From Bryobacteraceae bacterium (GTDB lineage: Bacteria > Acidobacteriota > Terriglobia > Bryobacterales > Bryobacteraceae), in contig DATBEG010000127.1 in the NCBI GenBank assembly GCA_036276155.1, positions 10,939 through 74,938 on the forward strand: 64,000 nucleotides of DNA, read 5' to 3'. Shown piece by piece: positions 18,966 through 28,645 of this stretch. The position numbers and the translations under genes are program-made. The notes beneath the pieces are model-generated. The model saw only the letters and a list, made by a program, of their open reading frames with translations. It ran no database searches and was not told the DNA's origin. Numbering within the stretch: the first letter of the stretch is position 1; each line of letters starts with the position of its first letter.

Positions 18966-21005
18966 ATGAGTACACAAACAAAGTCATTTCGGCCATTCGT
19001 TCCCGAGCATCTGGAGATGCGCGAACTTACGGTTCGCGCGCTGGTCCTCGGGTTGACCATGACGGTCGTTCTTGGTGCTGCGAATGCCTACCTCGGCTTG
19101 CGCGCCGGTATGACGGTAGCGGCGACGTATCCAGCCGCCGTCATCAGCATGGCGATTCTGCGTGCGGTCAAGGGTTCGCTGCTGGAAGAAAACATCGCAC
19201 GAACGAGTGGAAGCATCGGTGAAGGCGTCGCGTCAGGAGCAATCTTCACAATTCCTGCATTCCTGATCGCCCGCACATGGCCGTCCTTCAGCTTTGCCGA
19301 CGCTTATTGGAAGACGTCGATGCTGATTCTGGTCGGGAGCGTTTTCGGTGTCCTGTTCATCTCGCTCGTGCGACGCGTGATGGTAGAAGATCCCGAGTTG
19401 CCTTTCCCTGAGTCGGTCGCCGCTTCGGAGATTCACAAAGCCGGGCAACGAGGCGCGGACGCGGCAAAGTTTCTGTTCTGGAACATGGGACTAGGCGGAC
19501 TTGTGTTCCTGCTGAGCCGCTTCGGACTCTTCGCCTCCGACGCGACCTTTTCGTTACCCGTGGGGAATCTGGGTGCAAGCCGCGTACGGCTCGGCAGCGC
19601 GGAAACAACGCGAGTCCTTGCGACCGGTGGGCTATCGACCTTCGACGCACCCAGCATCAGCCCAGCTTTCATCGGCGTCGGGTATATCATCGGGCCCCGG
19701 CTAGCCGGCCTCCAGTTTGCGGGCGGGATTCTTGCCTGGGGATTGATGGTGCCGCTGCTCATCTATTTCCTCGGTCCGCAGCTACGAAACTTTCTGCCTG
19801 CGAACGCGAATGACACTGGCTGGCCCGATCTGGCTGCCGCTGTGTGGCGCTACATCGTGCGGCCCATTGCCGTAGGAAGCATGTTGGTCGGCGCCGGCTA
19901 CACACTATTCCGAATGCGCGCGAGCCTGGTTGCCGGACTGGGCCGAACCATAGGTGACATGCGGCAGTCGGCTGAGCAAACGAGTGCGGTGAGCCGGACA
20001 GAGCGCTATATGAGTCCGAAGCTGGTGTTCTCACTTATTGCTGTCGTGTTCGCCGTGATGATCGGGCTGTATATCTACTTCTCAGGACAGGTGGTGGGCG
20101 GCGTTGTTGCTGCCGTGGTCATGCTGATCCTGGGATTCTTTTTCGCGACGGTCTCCGGAAGTTTGTGCGGCATGATCGGTTCGTCGAATAATCCTGTTTC
20201 CGGCCTGACTCTTTCCACATTGATTGTGGCGGCGCTGCTGATGGTATCGCTCGGAGTTGCGGGTACGGGAGGTGTAGCCGCAGTGCTCGGAGTAGCTGCT
20301 GTTGTTTGCGTGTCTTCGGCGGTAGCGGGAGAGCTATTGCAGGACTTCAAAGTCGGACACATCCTCGGCGGAACTCCACGCAACATTCAGATTGCGGAGT
20401 TAATCGCGGTCGTTGTGGCGAGCCTGGTCATGTATTTTCCGCTTGTGCTGCTGCACGAAGGGAATATTCGCGCCGGCGGTACCGGGTTCGGCGATGCGCA
20501 ACTTCCTGCACCGCAGGCCGGATTGATGGCGCTGCTCGCTCAGGGCATTGTAGGGGGAGATATGCCCTGGCCGCTGGTGATCACAGGCATTCTGCTCGGT
20601 TTCGCGTTTATTGCGATGCAAGTGAAGAGTCCCATGCTGGTCGCCATCGGCATGTATCTTCCGTTCGGAACAACGGCCGCGATGTTTGTCGGAGGACTGA
20701 TCCGCTGGACTGCCGATCGTATCGCGCTACGCCGCGGATATAACGAAGCACAGCGCGCGAGGGTGGACAATTCGGGCATTCTGACTGCTTCGGGGCTCAT
20801 TGCGGGGGAAGCGGTTCTGGGACTCGTATGGGCAGGACTGCAGTTCGCGCCGCCCAGTATTCGAGAGCACCTGCAACTGTTCCCGAATCCCTCATACTGG
20901 ATTGGGCTTTTCGTTCTTGCAATACTCGCGTTCATTATCGTTCGCGCGCCGCTCGCGAGCGCCGGGAGTCCGGATGAACCTGCTCCGCCTGTGGCGATGA
21001 TGTAA
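18966..21005 (+). CDS. OPT family oligopeptide transporter
   Basis: 679 aa and highly polytopic. The segment ELPFPESVAASEIHKAG matches the conserved OPT motif region. Confidence 0.9.
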   Translation: MSTQTKSFRPFVPEHLEMRELTVRALVLGLTMTVVLGAANAYLGLRAGMTVAATYPAAVISMAILRAVKGSLLEENIARTSGSIGEGVASGAIFTIPAFLIARTWPSFSFADAYWKTSMLILVGSVFGVLFISLVRRVMVEDPELPFPESVAASEIHKAGQRGADAAKFLFWNMGLGGLVFLLSRFGLFASDATFSLPVGNLGASRVRLGSAETTRVLATGGLSTFDAPSISPAFIGVGYIIGPRLAGLQFAGGILAWGLMVPLLIYFLGPQLRNFLPANANDTGWPDLAAAVWRYIVRPIAVGSMLVGAGYTLFRMRASLVAGLGRTIGDMRQSAEQTSAVSRTERYMSPKLVFSLIAVVFAVMIGLYIYFSGQVVGGVVAAVVMLILGFFFATVSGSLCGMIGSSNNPVSGLTLSTLIVAALLMVSLGVAGTGGVAAVLGVAAVVCVSSAVAGELLQDFKVGHILGGTPRNIQIAELIAVVVASLVMYFPLVLLHEGNIRAGGTGFGDAQLPAPQAGLMALLAQGIVGGDMPWPLVITGILLGFAFIAMQVKSPMLVAIGMYLPFGTTAAMFVGGLIRWTADRIALRRGYNEAQRARVDNSGILTASGLIAGEAVLGLVWAGLQFAPPSIREHLQLFPNPSYWIGLFVLAILAFIIVRAPLASAGSPDEPAPPVAMM

Positions 21006-21074
21006 GCTCGGCTGCGTCAAAAAAAGAGGCAAGCGATTGCTGCTGTCTCTCGCCCTAACCACCGATGGATCGGC

Positions 21075-22841
21075 TTAGTTCTTTTCGCCAGCAATCAAGA
21101 TGTCCATGGCAGACGACGCGCTGGTAGCGGCCGTACCGCTGGTTCCCCAGATTGCGCTGGTGCCCCAAACACCGCTCGTACCCCAGATTGCGCTGGTGGC
21201 CCAGACGCCGCTCGTACCCCAGATTGCACTGCTGCCCCAGACCGCGCTGGTACCCCAGATGGCGCTGGTGCCCCAGATCGCGCTGGCGCCGGTGATTCCA
21301 TTGGCGCCATTAAGCAGCGCGGTTCCCCATATCGCGGACGCCCCATTCACGCCATGTCTGGAGACGGCCTGAGCCCAAACGGACGAAGGATCCAAATCCA
21401 GCATGATGCGGCCCGTATTGTCGTCAAACGTTGCGCTTGGGGACAGCGCGGAGCCGCTGGGGTGGTAATTGGAACGGATGGCTGCGTAAATGTCCAGATA
21501 CCCGGCACCAACGGTAAAGAGGTCGTAGTAGCTCAGATAGCTCAGGCCGGTTGTCGGATCGGTTGAGATGCTCGACTTTGGAAAATCCTTGTAAGCCGTC
21601 TTCATCAAACGCGCTTTCACTTGATCAGGCGAGAGATTCGGCTGAGCCTGCAGGAGGTCGGCAACGGCTCCGCTAACTGCAGCCGCAGCCATGCTCGTGC
21701 CGTTCAGCATGAAGTATCGCGTTGAGAGTGAGTTGTCGTTATTGCTCGAATAATAGCTGGTCTCGATGCGGGTAGGGGGAAACTGGGCGAGCGTGTTGAC
21801 ACCGCCCGCCTTTACCGAAACGACTTGGTTGCCCGGGGCGACGATATCTGGCTTGACGATGTTGTCGTATAAGCTCGGGCCCTTCGAACTATAGCTAGCA
21901 ATCAGGTCGTCTGTCCGGCCATAGGTCTGCATCGTTTTCATTGCCCCAACCGTGATCACGTAGGGGTCGTTACCGGGCGCCGTGATCGTCCCGTAGCCGT
22001 TTTCTCCGATTGAATTGTCCCGCCCGTCATTTCCGGCCGCGACCACGACGATGATTCCAGCCTTCCAGGCAGCCTCAACGGCTTGGCACAGAGGATCCTG
22101 CTTGTAGCTTTCGGTGACTGCGCGACCGAGTGAGAGATTCATCACGCCGATGTTGTACTTCGATTTCAGTTGTATGGCCACCTCCACGGCTGCGATAACA
22201 AGGCTGTCGCTGCCTTCGCCATTTCGATCAAGAACGTGCAAATCCACGATGTTCGCCTGAGGGGCTATGCCGACCAGATGCCTGCAGCTTGTGCAACTAG
22301 ATGCCTGTCCGTCGCCGGCGATAATTCCTGCTACATGAGTTCCGTGTCCGTAGCCATCCGGAATGTCGTCGCGCACAAAGGATTGGGCGTAAACAATTCG
22401 ACCGTTCAGATCCTGATTAGGCTCAATGCCGCTGTCCACAACGGCCACCCCAATCTCCTTGCCCGTCCAGCCCAGTTGCCACACAGCCGGCGCGTTGATG
22501 GCCGCCGTCGTATAGTCCAGCTTGGCAGTGAGTTTATGGTCGATGGAGATATGGGCCACCGAGGGATCGGCAGCTAAATCCGCAATGGAGGAGGCGGGTA
22601 TGCGGTATGACCTAGCCTTCACTAAATCCAACTTGCTTTTGAGTTGTCCACCGCGGCTGATTACCTTCTCGTTGTCTGCTTCCGTAGGCGGCTCGGTAAA
22701 TTGCACGATAACGTCTATATTGGAACTGTTGATCGACTCCCGTAATTCGGGGGCAAGCTTTTCGCGTGGTGATTGACCGTACGCTAAGCAGTTTATAAGG
22801 CACAATACGGCGAAAAATCCAGTTGCTTTCATATAAGTCAC
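21075..22841 (-). CDS. Exported S8 family (subtilisin-like) serine peptidase with C-terminal hexapeptide-repeat tail
   Basis: Signal peptide MKATGFFAVLCLINCLAYG. An inhibitor-I9-like propeptide region is present. The catalytic triad sits in VAVVDSGI, HGTHVAGI and GTSMAAAAVSG, with the oxyanion Asn in AAGNDG. Confidence 0.92.
   Translation of the reverse strand: MTYMKATGFFAVLCLINCLAYGQSPREKLAPELRESINSSNIDVIVQFTEPPTEADNEKVISRGGQLKSKLDLVKARSYRIPASSIADLAADPSVAHISIDHKLTAKLDYTTAAINAPAVWQLGWTGKEIGVAVVDSGIEPNQDLNGRIVYAQSFVRDDIPDGYGHGTHVAGIIAGDGQASSCTSCRHLVGIAPQANIVDLHVLDRNGEGSDSLVIAAVEVAIQLKSKYNIGVMNLSLGRAVTESYKQDPLCQAVEAAWKAGIIVVVAAGNDGRDNSIGENGYGTITAPGNDPYVITVGAMKTMQTYGRTDDLIASYSSKGPSLYDNIVKPDIVAPGNQVVSVKAGGVNTLAQFPPTRIETSYYSSNNDNSLSTRYFMLNGTSMAAAAVSGAVADLLQAQPNLSPDQVKARLMKTAYKDFPKSSISTDPTTGLSYLSYYDLFTVGAGYLDIYAAIRSNYHPSGSALSPSATFDDNTGRIMLDLDPSSVWAQAVSRHGVNGASAIWGTALLNGANGITGASAIWGTSAIWGTSAVWGSSAIWGTSGVWATSAIWGTSGVWGTSAIWGTSGTAATSASSAMDILIAGEKN
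21141..21344 (-). repeat. In-frame tandem 18-nt (hexapeptide) repeat S-[AG]-[IV]-W-[GA]-[TS] inside the S8 peptidase gene
   Basis: Eight contiguous units span 21141-21284: SAIWGT, SAIWGT, SAVWGS, SAIWGT, SGVWAT, SAIWGT, SGVWGT, SAIWGT. One further SAIWGT copy, separated by ALLNGANGITGA, lies in 21285-21344. The units differ at several nucleotide positions while the peptide is conserved. Confidence 0.9.
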
Positions 22842-23045
22842 CAGGCAGCGATATTCAGTACGCTAGCTTCTCTTGTCTTTTGACAACTCTCATTCCCGCT
22901 TATCGGTGCGCCGTTCCTGCGATAAAGAACCAAAATCTGGCAGAAGAGGAGCTAAGGTGTACTGGCACCTTAAATAGCTGCCGTCGGTACTTCCTATGGT
23001 GAGCCGCCAATCTCGAAAAGCTCATCGCGCGGCGATAAGTGGATT

Positions 23046-26000
23046 GTGCTGGAGGAACTCCTTGTCTTAACGCAGGAACCGGGTTCGACAGCGGATTTCC
23101 GTCATTCGATGGTTCGGGCGCTAAGCAGCGGAAGATACCTGCTTCCGGCCGCTGTCCTTTCTCTTGTTGTCGCTGTACCGGCTTTCCCGGCGCTTGATCC
23201 TGCCCGGCCGTTTAGTCATTACGTCCAGGACGTCTGGAACACCGACGCGGGGCTGCCTCAGTCGAATGTCACAGCATTAGCTCAGACGTCCGACGGCTAT
23301 CTGTGGCTTGGGACCGAAGATGGGCTCGCGCGATTCGATGGCGTTCGGTTTACCACTTTCGACACGCATAATACGCCCGCGCTCAAAAGCAATCGCATTA
23401 CAACTTTGCTGGTGGGTTCCAAGAAGAGGTTGTGGATAGGGACCGAGAGCGGCGGCCTCACGCTCTACACAGGCGGAAAATTTACGACATTCACCAGCCG
23501 CGAGGGGCTCTCGAACGACGTTATTCTGTCGCTCTATGAGGATACACAGGGGGTCCTCTGGATCGGAACTGACGGAGGAGGTCTGAACTGCCTGCGCGGA
23601 GAAACGATCTCGCGCTGCGGACAAACTAAAGCCCTTTCTGCCGGCGCAATTTTCTCTATCGCGGGCGCACAAGACGGCAGTCTATGGTTGGGCACGCACG
23701 AGGGTTTGGTGCACCTGTCCCGAGGCAACGCACAGCGTTTCACAAGGCGTGATGGACTTCCGGATCCTTATATCAAGGCAGTGCATCTCGACGCTTCAGG
23801 AGGTGTGTGGGTGGGGACGAATGGCGGCGGCCTAAGTCACTTGGTCAACGGTCACTTCGTAACCTACACCACTGCGGACGGGCTGGCAAGCAATTCGATC
23901 TGGTCCATCTTTCAAGACAGTGTCGGAACAATTTGGGTTTCGACGAGCGACGGCGGCATCAGTCGGCTAGCCCACGGCAGAATCACGACGTACGCCGAAA
24001 AGGACGGTCTACCGTTCAACAAGGTGCTCGGGTTTCTGGAGGACCATGAAGGGGATTTTTGGATTGGCACCGGCGGTGCCGGACTGGTGCGGCTGAAGAG
24101 TGGCGCTTTCTTTTCGATCACAAAGCACGACGGACTCTCCGATGAGGTGGTGCTGCCCGTGTTTGAGGATCGGGAGGGCGCGATCTGGCTTGGCACAAAC
24201 GGAGGAGGTTTGAACCGCTTAAAAAATGGCGCGGTCACTGTCTATACCACTCGAGACGGTCTTCTCGACAACGTGATTTTTTCACTTGCCCAGGATCGTG
24301 AAGGCGCGCTATGGGTGGCGACGGCGCGCGGCGTTAACCGCTTGCAAAAGGGACGTTTCAGCGCCTTCACAATAAGCTCCGGACTGCCGAGCAACATCGT
24401 TTCCTGCCTCTTTGAAGATCGCCTTGGAGTTATCTGGGCGGGTAGCCGCGGCGGATTAAGCCGCTTCGACGGGATGCGTTTCAAGACTTACACCACGGCC
24501 GACGGACTTTCGAACAATCACGTAACTTCCATCTATGAGGACGGTTCCGGCGCGCTCTGGATTGGAACGGGCGGAGGCGGACTGAACAAGCTGCAATCGG
24601 GCCACTTTGCGGTCTACTCGACGAAAACGGGTTTGTCGAGTGACAGTATCCGTTGCCTGAACGGAGATGCCGATGGAAGTCTTTGGATAGCGACTAACGG
24701 CGGAGGTCTCGATCGCCTGAAGGATGGCCGGGTCACTGTCTACACGACCCGTGTGGGGCTTTTCGATGACGATCTCTACCAGGTACTGTCGGACCGTTAC
24801 GGATTCCTCTGGATGAGCTCGAACAAGGGGATCATCCGGGTGCCTAAGTGGCAGCTCGAGGCTTATGCGCAGGGCCGGCTTACGGCTTTGACTGCGACGG
24901 TATATAGCCAATCGGACGGGCTCAAGAGCAAGGAATGCAATGGCGGATTCCAGCCTGCGGGTTGGGCTTCTCGAGATGGACGCCTGCTGTTCCCCACCAT
25001 GAAGGGAGGGCTCGCGATTGTCGATCCCGGGCGGCTCAAGACGAATCAAGTAGTGCCGCCAGTGGCCGTCGAGCGCGTATCTGTCGACCGAGTAGAGTTC
25101 AATCCGAATCGCCCGTTCCGCGCCAAGCCCGGCAAGGGGCAACTCGAATTCGAATTCTCCGCCTTGAGTTTCGTCTCACCCGAGAAGATCCGTTTCCGCT
25201 ACAAGCTGGAAGGTTTTGATAAGGACTGGGTAGAGGCAGGGACGCGCCGCGCAGCGTACTACACAAACATTGCACCCGGCGACTACCGCTTCACAGTTAT
25301 CGCGTGCAACAACGACGGAGTATGGAACAGCGCAGGAGCATCCGTTCCTTTCACACTAGCGCCGCATTTTTATGAAACACCGATCTTCATTGCCGTATGC
25401 CTGGGTGTCCTGGCCGCGCTGTCGCTCGCTGCCTACCGGCTGCGTATCAATCACCTGATAGCAAACGAAAAGAAACTGGTGAGGCTTGTCAACGAGCGCA
25501 CGCAGTCGCTGCGCGAAGAGGTAGAGGCCAAGGAACGGGCTCGCGCCGAATTGGCTAAGGCCCAGCAGCATTTGATGGAATTATCGCGCCGTTCGGGCAT
25601 GGCGGAAGTTGCCACGGGCGTGCTTCACAACGTCGGCAATGTGCTTAACAGCGTAAACGTCGGAGCTTCGGTCATCAGCGATAAAGTGCGGAATTCCCGT
25701 GTCGACAAGCTGGTAGCCGCCATAAAGATCCTGGAGGAACATGCGCAGGATTTCTCGGAATTTGTCCAGTGTGATCCGAAAGGACAGAGGTTGATGCCAT
25801 ACCTCGCGAAGTTAGCTTCGTTCCTTCAGAGCGAACGCAATCAGGTGCTGATGGAAGTGGAAGCTCTTAGCACTCACATCGACCACATCAAGGAAATCGT
25901 CTCAACACAGCAGGATTATGCCAAGGTGTCAGTTCTTGTAGAAATGGTCCATCTTCCGAAACTGGTGGAAGACGCTTTCCGCATGGTGGAACCGAATTTC

Positions 26001-26444
26001 AAGCGTCACCATGTCAAGTTCCTCACAGATTTTGAGAATGTCCCGAGCGCCTCCGCGGCACGTCATCGCGTGCTGGATATCCTCGTGAATCTATTTAGCA
26101 ACGCGCAGCAGGCAGTCATAGAGCATAACGGCCCGCAGCGGCACGTCTGCGTCTCCGTCAAGCGAAGCGGAGAAGGCCGAGTGCAGGTGGTGGTGAACGA
26201 CTCCGGTAGCGGCCTCTCTCCCGAAAACCTCACCAGGGTTTTTGCCCATGGATTCACGACCAAACGCGATGGGCATGGCTTTGGATTGCATTCCGGGGCG
26301 CTGGCGGCGAAACTGATGGGCGGCTCACTGCGTGCTGAAAGCGAAGGCGTCGGTCGCGGAGCCACATTCATTCTTGAGTTGCCGGTAGCCGAGAATGCGG
26401 CAGAAGCCCACGAACTGGCGCCTGCGGAAGCGAGCGCGGCATGA
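23046..26444 (+). CDS. Sensor histidine kinase with periplasmic two-component-regulator-propeller (Reg_prop) repeats and a Y_Y_Y domain
   Basis: 1132 aa. Many repeats of the type GLPSN-V-I-D--G-LW-GT--GL-R are present. The Y_Y_Y segment is FRYKLEGFDKDWVEAGTRRAAYYTNIAPGDYRFTV. A TM helix (IFIAVCLGVLAALSLAAY) and a coiled coil follow. The H-box variant is ATGVLHNVGNVLNSV. The HATPase_c domain contains NDSGSGL...GHGFGLH. An alternative start is the ATG at 23109. Confidence 0.9.
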   Translation: MLEELLVLTQEPGSTADFRHSMVRALSSGRYLLPAAVLSLVVAVPAFPALDPARPFSHYVQDVWNTDAGLPQSNVTALAQTSDGYLWLGTEDGLARFDGVRFTTFDTHNTPALKSNRITTLLVGSKKRLWIGTESGGLTLYTGGKFTTFTSREGLSNDVILSLYEDTQGVLWIGTDGGGLNCLRGETISRCGQTKALSAGAIFSIAGAQDGSLWLGTHEGLVHLSRGNAQRFTRRDGLPDPYIKAVHLDASGGVWVGTNGGGLSHLVNGHFVTYTTADGLASNSIWSIFQDSVGTIWVSTSDGGISRLAHGRITTYAEKDGLPFNKVLGFLEDHEGDFWIGTGGAGLVRLKSGAFFSITKHDGLSDEVVLPVFEDREGAIWLGTNGGGLNRLKNGAVTVYTTRDGLLDNVIFSLAQDREGALWVATARGVNRLQKGRFSAFTISSGLPSNIVSCLFEDRLGVIWAGSRGGLSRFDGMRFKTYTTADGLSNNHVTSIYEDGSGALWIGTGGGGLNKLQSGHFAVYSTKTGLSSDSIRCLNGDADGSLWIATNGGGLDRLKDGRVTVYTTRVGLFDDDLYQVLSDRYGFLWMSSNKGIIRVPKWQLEAYAQGRLTALTATVYSQSDGLKSKECNGGFQPAGWASRDGRLLFPTMKGGLAIVDPGRLKTNQVVPPVAVERVSVDRVEFNPNRPFRAKPGKGQLEFEFSALSFVSPEKIRFRYKLEGFDKDWVEAGTRRAAYYTNIAPGDYRFTVIACNNDGVWNSAGASVPFTLAPHFYETPIFIAVCLGVLAALSLAAYRLRINHLIANEKKLVRLVNERTQSLREEVEAKERARAELAKAQQHLMELSRRSGMAEVATGVLHNVGNVLNSVNVGASVISDKVRNSRVDKLVAAIKILEEHAQDFSEFVQCDPKGQRLMPYLAKLASFLQSERNQVLMEVEALSTHIDHIKEIVSTQQDYAKVSVLVEMVHLPKLVEDAFRMVEPNFKRHHVKFLTDFENVPSASAARHRVLDILVNLFSNAQQAVIEHNGPQRHVCVSVKRSGEGRVQVVVNDSGSGLSPENLTRVFAHGFTTKRDGHGFGLHSGALAAKLMGGSLRAESEGVGRGATFILELPVAENAAEAHELAPAEASAA

Positions 26445-28639
26445 GGCAACCGCCTTTCACGGAAATGTACAATCGCATTCTCGTCGTAGACGACAACCGC
26501 GCCATTCATGAAGATCTGCGCAAGATCCTTGCTGGCTGCTCGCAAGAAAACGAACATTTGCTTTCCGACGAAAGTCTGCTGTTCGGGCAATCGCAGTTGC
26601 AGACTACCTTTACTCAATTTGAGATCGAATCGGCTTATCAAGGTCAGGATGGCCTTGCGCGCGTCCGTGAACGCCTGCAACAAGGACAACCGTATGCACT
26701 TGCTTTCGTAGACGTTCGCATGCCCCCCGGCTGGGATGGCGTCGAGACGATCAGGCATCTCTGGAACGTCGACCCGAATCTGCAAGTGGTCATCTGCACC
26801 GCGTACTCCGATTACTCCTGGACGGATATCTACTCCAAGCTTGGACATTCCGACAGCCTGCTGATTCTCAAGAAGCCGTTCGACAACATCGAAGTGATTC
26901 AGCTCGCTCATGCGCTGACTCGCAAATGGTTGACCACTCACCAGGCGCGGGCGAAAATGGAAGACCTGGATCTTATGGTGTCGCGACGCACGGCTGAGCT
27001 GCAGAGAACGAACGACAGTCTCCTCCGCGAGATTAACGAGCGCGCAAAAGCGCAGGAGGCGTTCAAAATCGTTTTCGAGGCGAGTCCAATCGCCATTGCG
27101 CTGCTCGATCGCGATCTGCATGTTGTTAGCGCGAACCGCGCTTTGCAGCATCTGCACGGGGTCACGCCAGACGCGATTATCGGCCAGAGTCCTCTCGAAT
27201 TGGGCTGGTTCAATTCGGAAGGCCAATTCCAGTCCGTGTTGGGGTTGGAAAGGCGAGAAATAGATCAACACGAGTTGATGCTGGCTCGTCCCGGCCCGGG
27301 CGCGCAGACCGGATTGCTTTGGGCGCGCAGTGTTGATATCGGGGATGCTCGTCATACGCTCTGCTTCGTGCTGGACATCACTGAACGTAAGGAGATGGAA
27401 GAGGAACTGCGCCGCGCTCGCAGGGATGCCGAAGCTGCCGCACGCGCCAAGAGCGAGTTTGTCGCGAACATGAGTCACGAGATTCGCACTCCGCTAAATG
27501 GCGTGCTCGGCATCAGCAGTTTCCTCGAAGAGGAGACACTTCCGGAGGACATCCGCGAGATGGGCAAGCTCATCCGGACCTCAGGAGAGATGTTGCGCCG
27601 CGTTGTGGACGATGTCCTCGATTTCAGCAAGATCGAGGCCGGAAAGCTGGAACTGGAGCACGAACCATTCTCTCTGCGCGAATCGCTCGAGTGGAGTCTT
27701 GGAATTTTTCGTAAGGCCGCGCTGGACAAGCGGATTGAGTTGAAACTGACTGTGGCCGAGGGGGTGCCGGCCAGATTCATTGGCGATGCGACACGCATGC
27801 GGCAGGTTTTGACGAATTTGATCAACAATGGCATCAAATTCACCGAGCACGGCTCCATTCACGTGCGCGTTGCGGCAGATTTTATGGAGCAGCCTTGTAA
27901 TCCGGACCTTAAATCAAAAGACGTTAAGTATCGCCTTTGTGTCACCGTGGCAGATACTGGCGTGGGCATCCCGAGTGACCGCATCGACCGCTTGTTCCGA
28001 TCCTTCAGCCAGGTGGACGCCTCCACAAATCGGCGATTTGGCGGCACTGGACTGGGCCTGGCGATCAGCAAGCGTCTTGTCGAGATGATGGACGGTCAAA
28101 TGGCAGTCCACAGCGAAGTCGGAGTCGGCTCAACTTTCAGCTTTACGCTTCCGCTTTCGTTGGCGGGGGTCGACCCAGAACAGCCGCGCAAACCGCCGGT
28201 CGCAAGCACACCCAAGCGGGTGCTGATTGTAGAAGACAATGTCATCAATCAAATTGTGATCAAGCGCATGCTGGAGCGCTTCGGCCACAAAGTGGACGTG
28301 GCCGCCGACGGGGACACCGCCATCAGCCTAGTACAGCAAAACGAATACGACCTTCTGCTGACTGACATCAACATGCCAGGCACGGACGGGCTACTCGCGG
28401 CACGCTGGATCCGCACTCTTTCCGACGCGCACGCCCGTCTGCCTATCGTGGCGCTCACCGCTTCAGCAACCGCCATGGATCGCGAGGCTTGCCTTCGCGC
28501 CGGAATGAACGACTACCTGACGAAGCCTATCGACGCGGAATCCCTTCGTGTTGTCGTCGACCGCTGGACCTCAGAACCGCAGTACGCCTTACAGGATGCG
28601 GAGCCGGCTGCCGGCGAACCCGAATACGCCCAGCAGTAG
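26441..28639 (+). CDS. Hybrid histidine kinase: REC-coiled coil-PAS-HisKA-HATPase-REC
   Basis: 732 aa. The N-terminal receiver contains ILVVDDNRAIHEDL...AFVDVRMPPGWDG...LKKPF. The H-box is MSHEIRTPLNGV. The ATPase domain has NLINNGIKFT, DTGVGI and GGTGLGLAIS. The C-terminal receiver contains VLIVEDNVINQ...LLLTDINMPGTDG...TKP. Its ATG overlaps the upstream kinase stop (ATGA at 26441-26444). Confidence 0.92.
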   Translation: MRQPPFTEMYNRILVVDDNRAIHEDLRKILAGCSQENEHLLSDESLLFGQSQLQTTFTQFEIESAYQGQDGLARVRERLQQGQPYALAFVDVRMPPGWDGVETIRHLWNVDPNLQVVICTAYSDYSWTDIYSKLGHSDSLLILKKPFDNIEVIQLAHALTRKWLTTHQARAKMEDLDLMVSRRTAELQRTNDSLLREINERAKAQEAFKIVFEASPIAIALLDRDLHVVSANRALQHLHGVTPDAIIGQSPLELGWFNSEGQFQSVLGLERREIDQHELMLARPGPGAQTGLLWARSVDIGDARHTLCFVLDITERKEMEEELRRARRDAEAAARAKSEFVANMSHEIRTPLNGVLGISSFLEEETLPEDIREMGKLIRTSGEMLRRVVDDVLDFSKIEAGKLELEHEPFSLRESLEWSLGIFRKAALDKRIELKLTVAEGVPARFIGDATRMRQVLTNLINNGIKFTEHGSIHVRVAADFMEQPCNPDLKSKDVKYRLCVTVADTGVGIPSDRIDRLFRSFSQVDASTNRRFGGTGLGLAISKRLVEMMDGQMAVHSEVGVGSTFSFTLPLSLAGVDPEQPRKPPVASTPKRVLIVEDNVINQIVIKRMLERFGHKVDVAADGDTAISLVQQNEYDLLLTDINMPGTDGLLAARWIRTLSDAHARLPIVALTASATAMDREACLRAGMNDYLTKPIDAESLRVVVDRWTSEPQYALQDAEPAAGEPEYAQQ

Positions 28640-28645
28640 AGCATT

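Noticed and set aside
21141-21344. Regular short DNA repeats that might suggest a CRISPR array or a minisatellite
   Set aside because: The period is 18 nt with no spacers. The repeats are in frame within a long ORF and conserve a peptide (SAIWGT). I treat this as a coding repeat, reported as a finding.
26063-27478. 471-aa minus-strand ORF spanning the junction of the two histidine kinase genes
   Set aside because: The plus strand across these bases carries unmistakable HATPase, receiver and PAS/HisKA motifs. The minus-strand product has no motif and an Arg/Ser/Ala-biased composition typical of shadow ORFs in GC-rich DNA.
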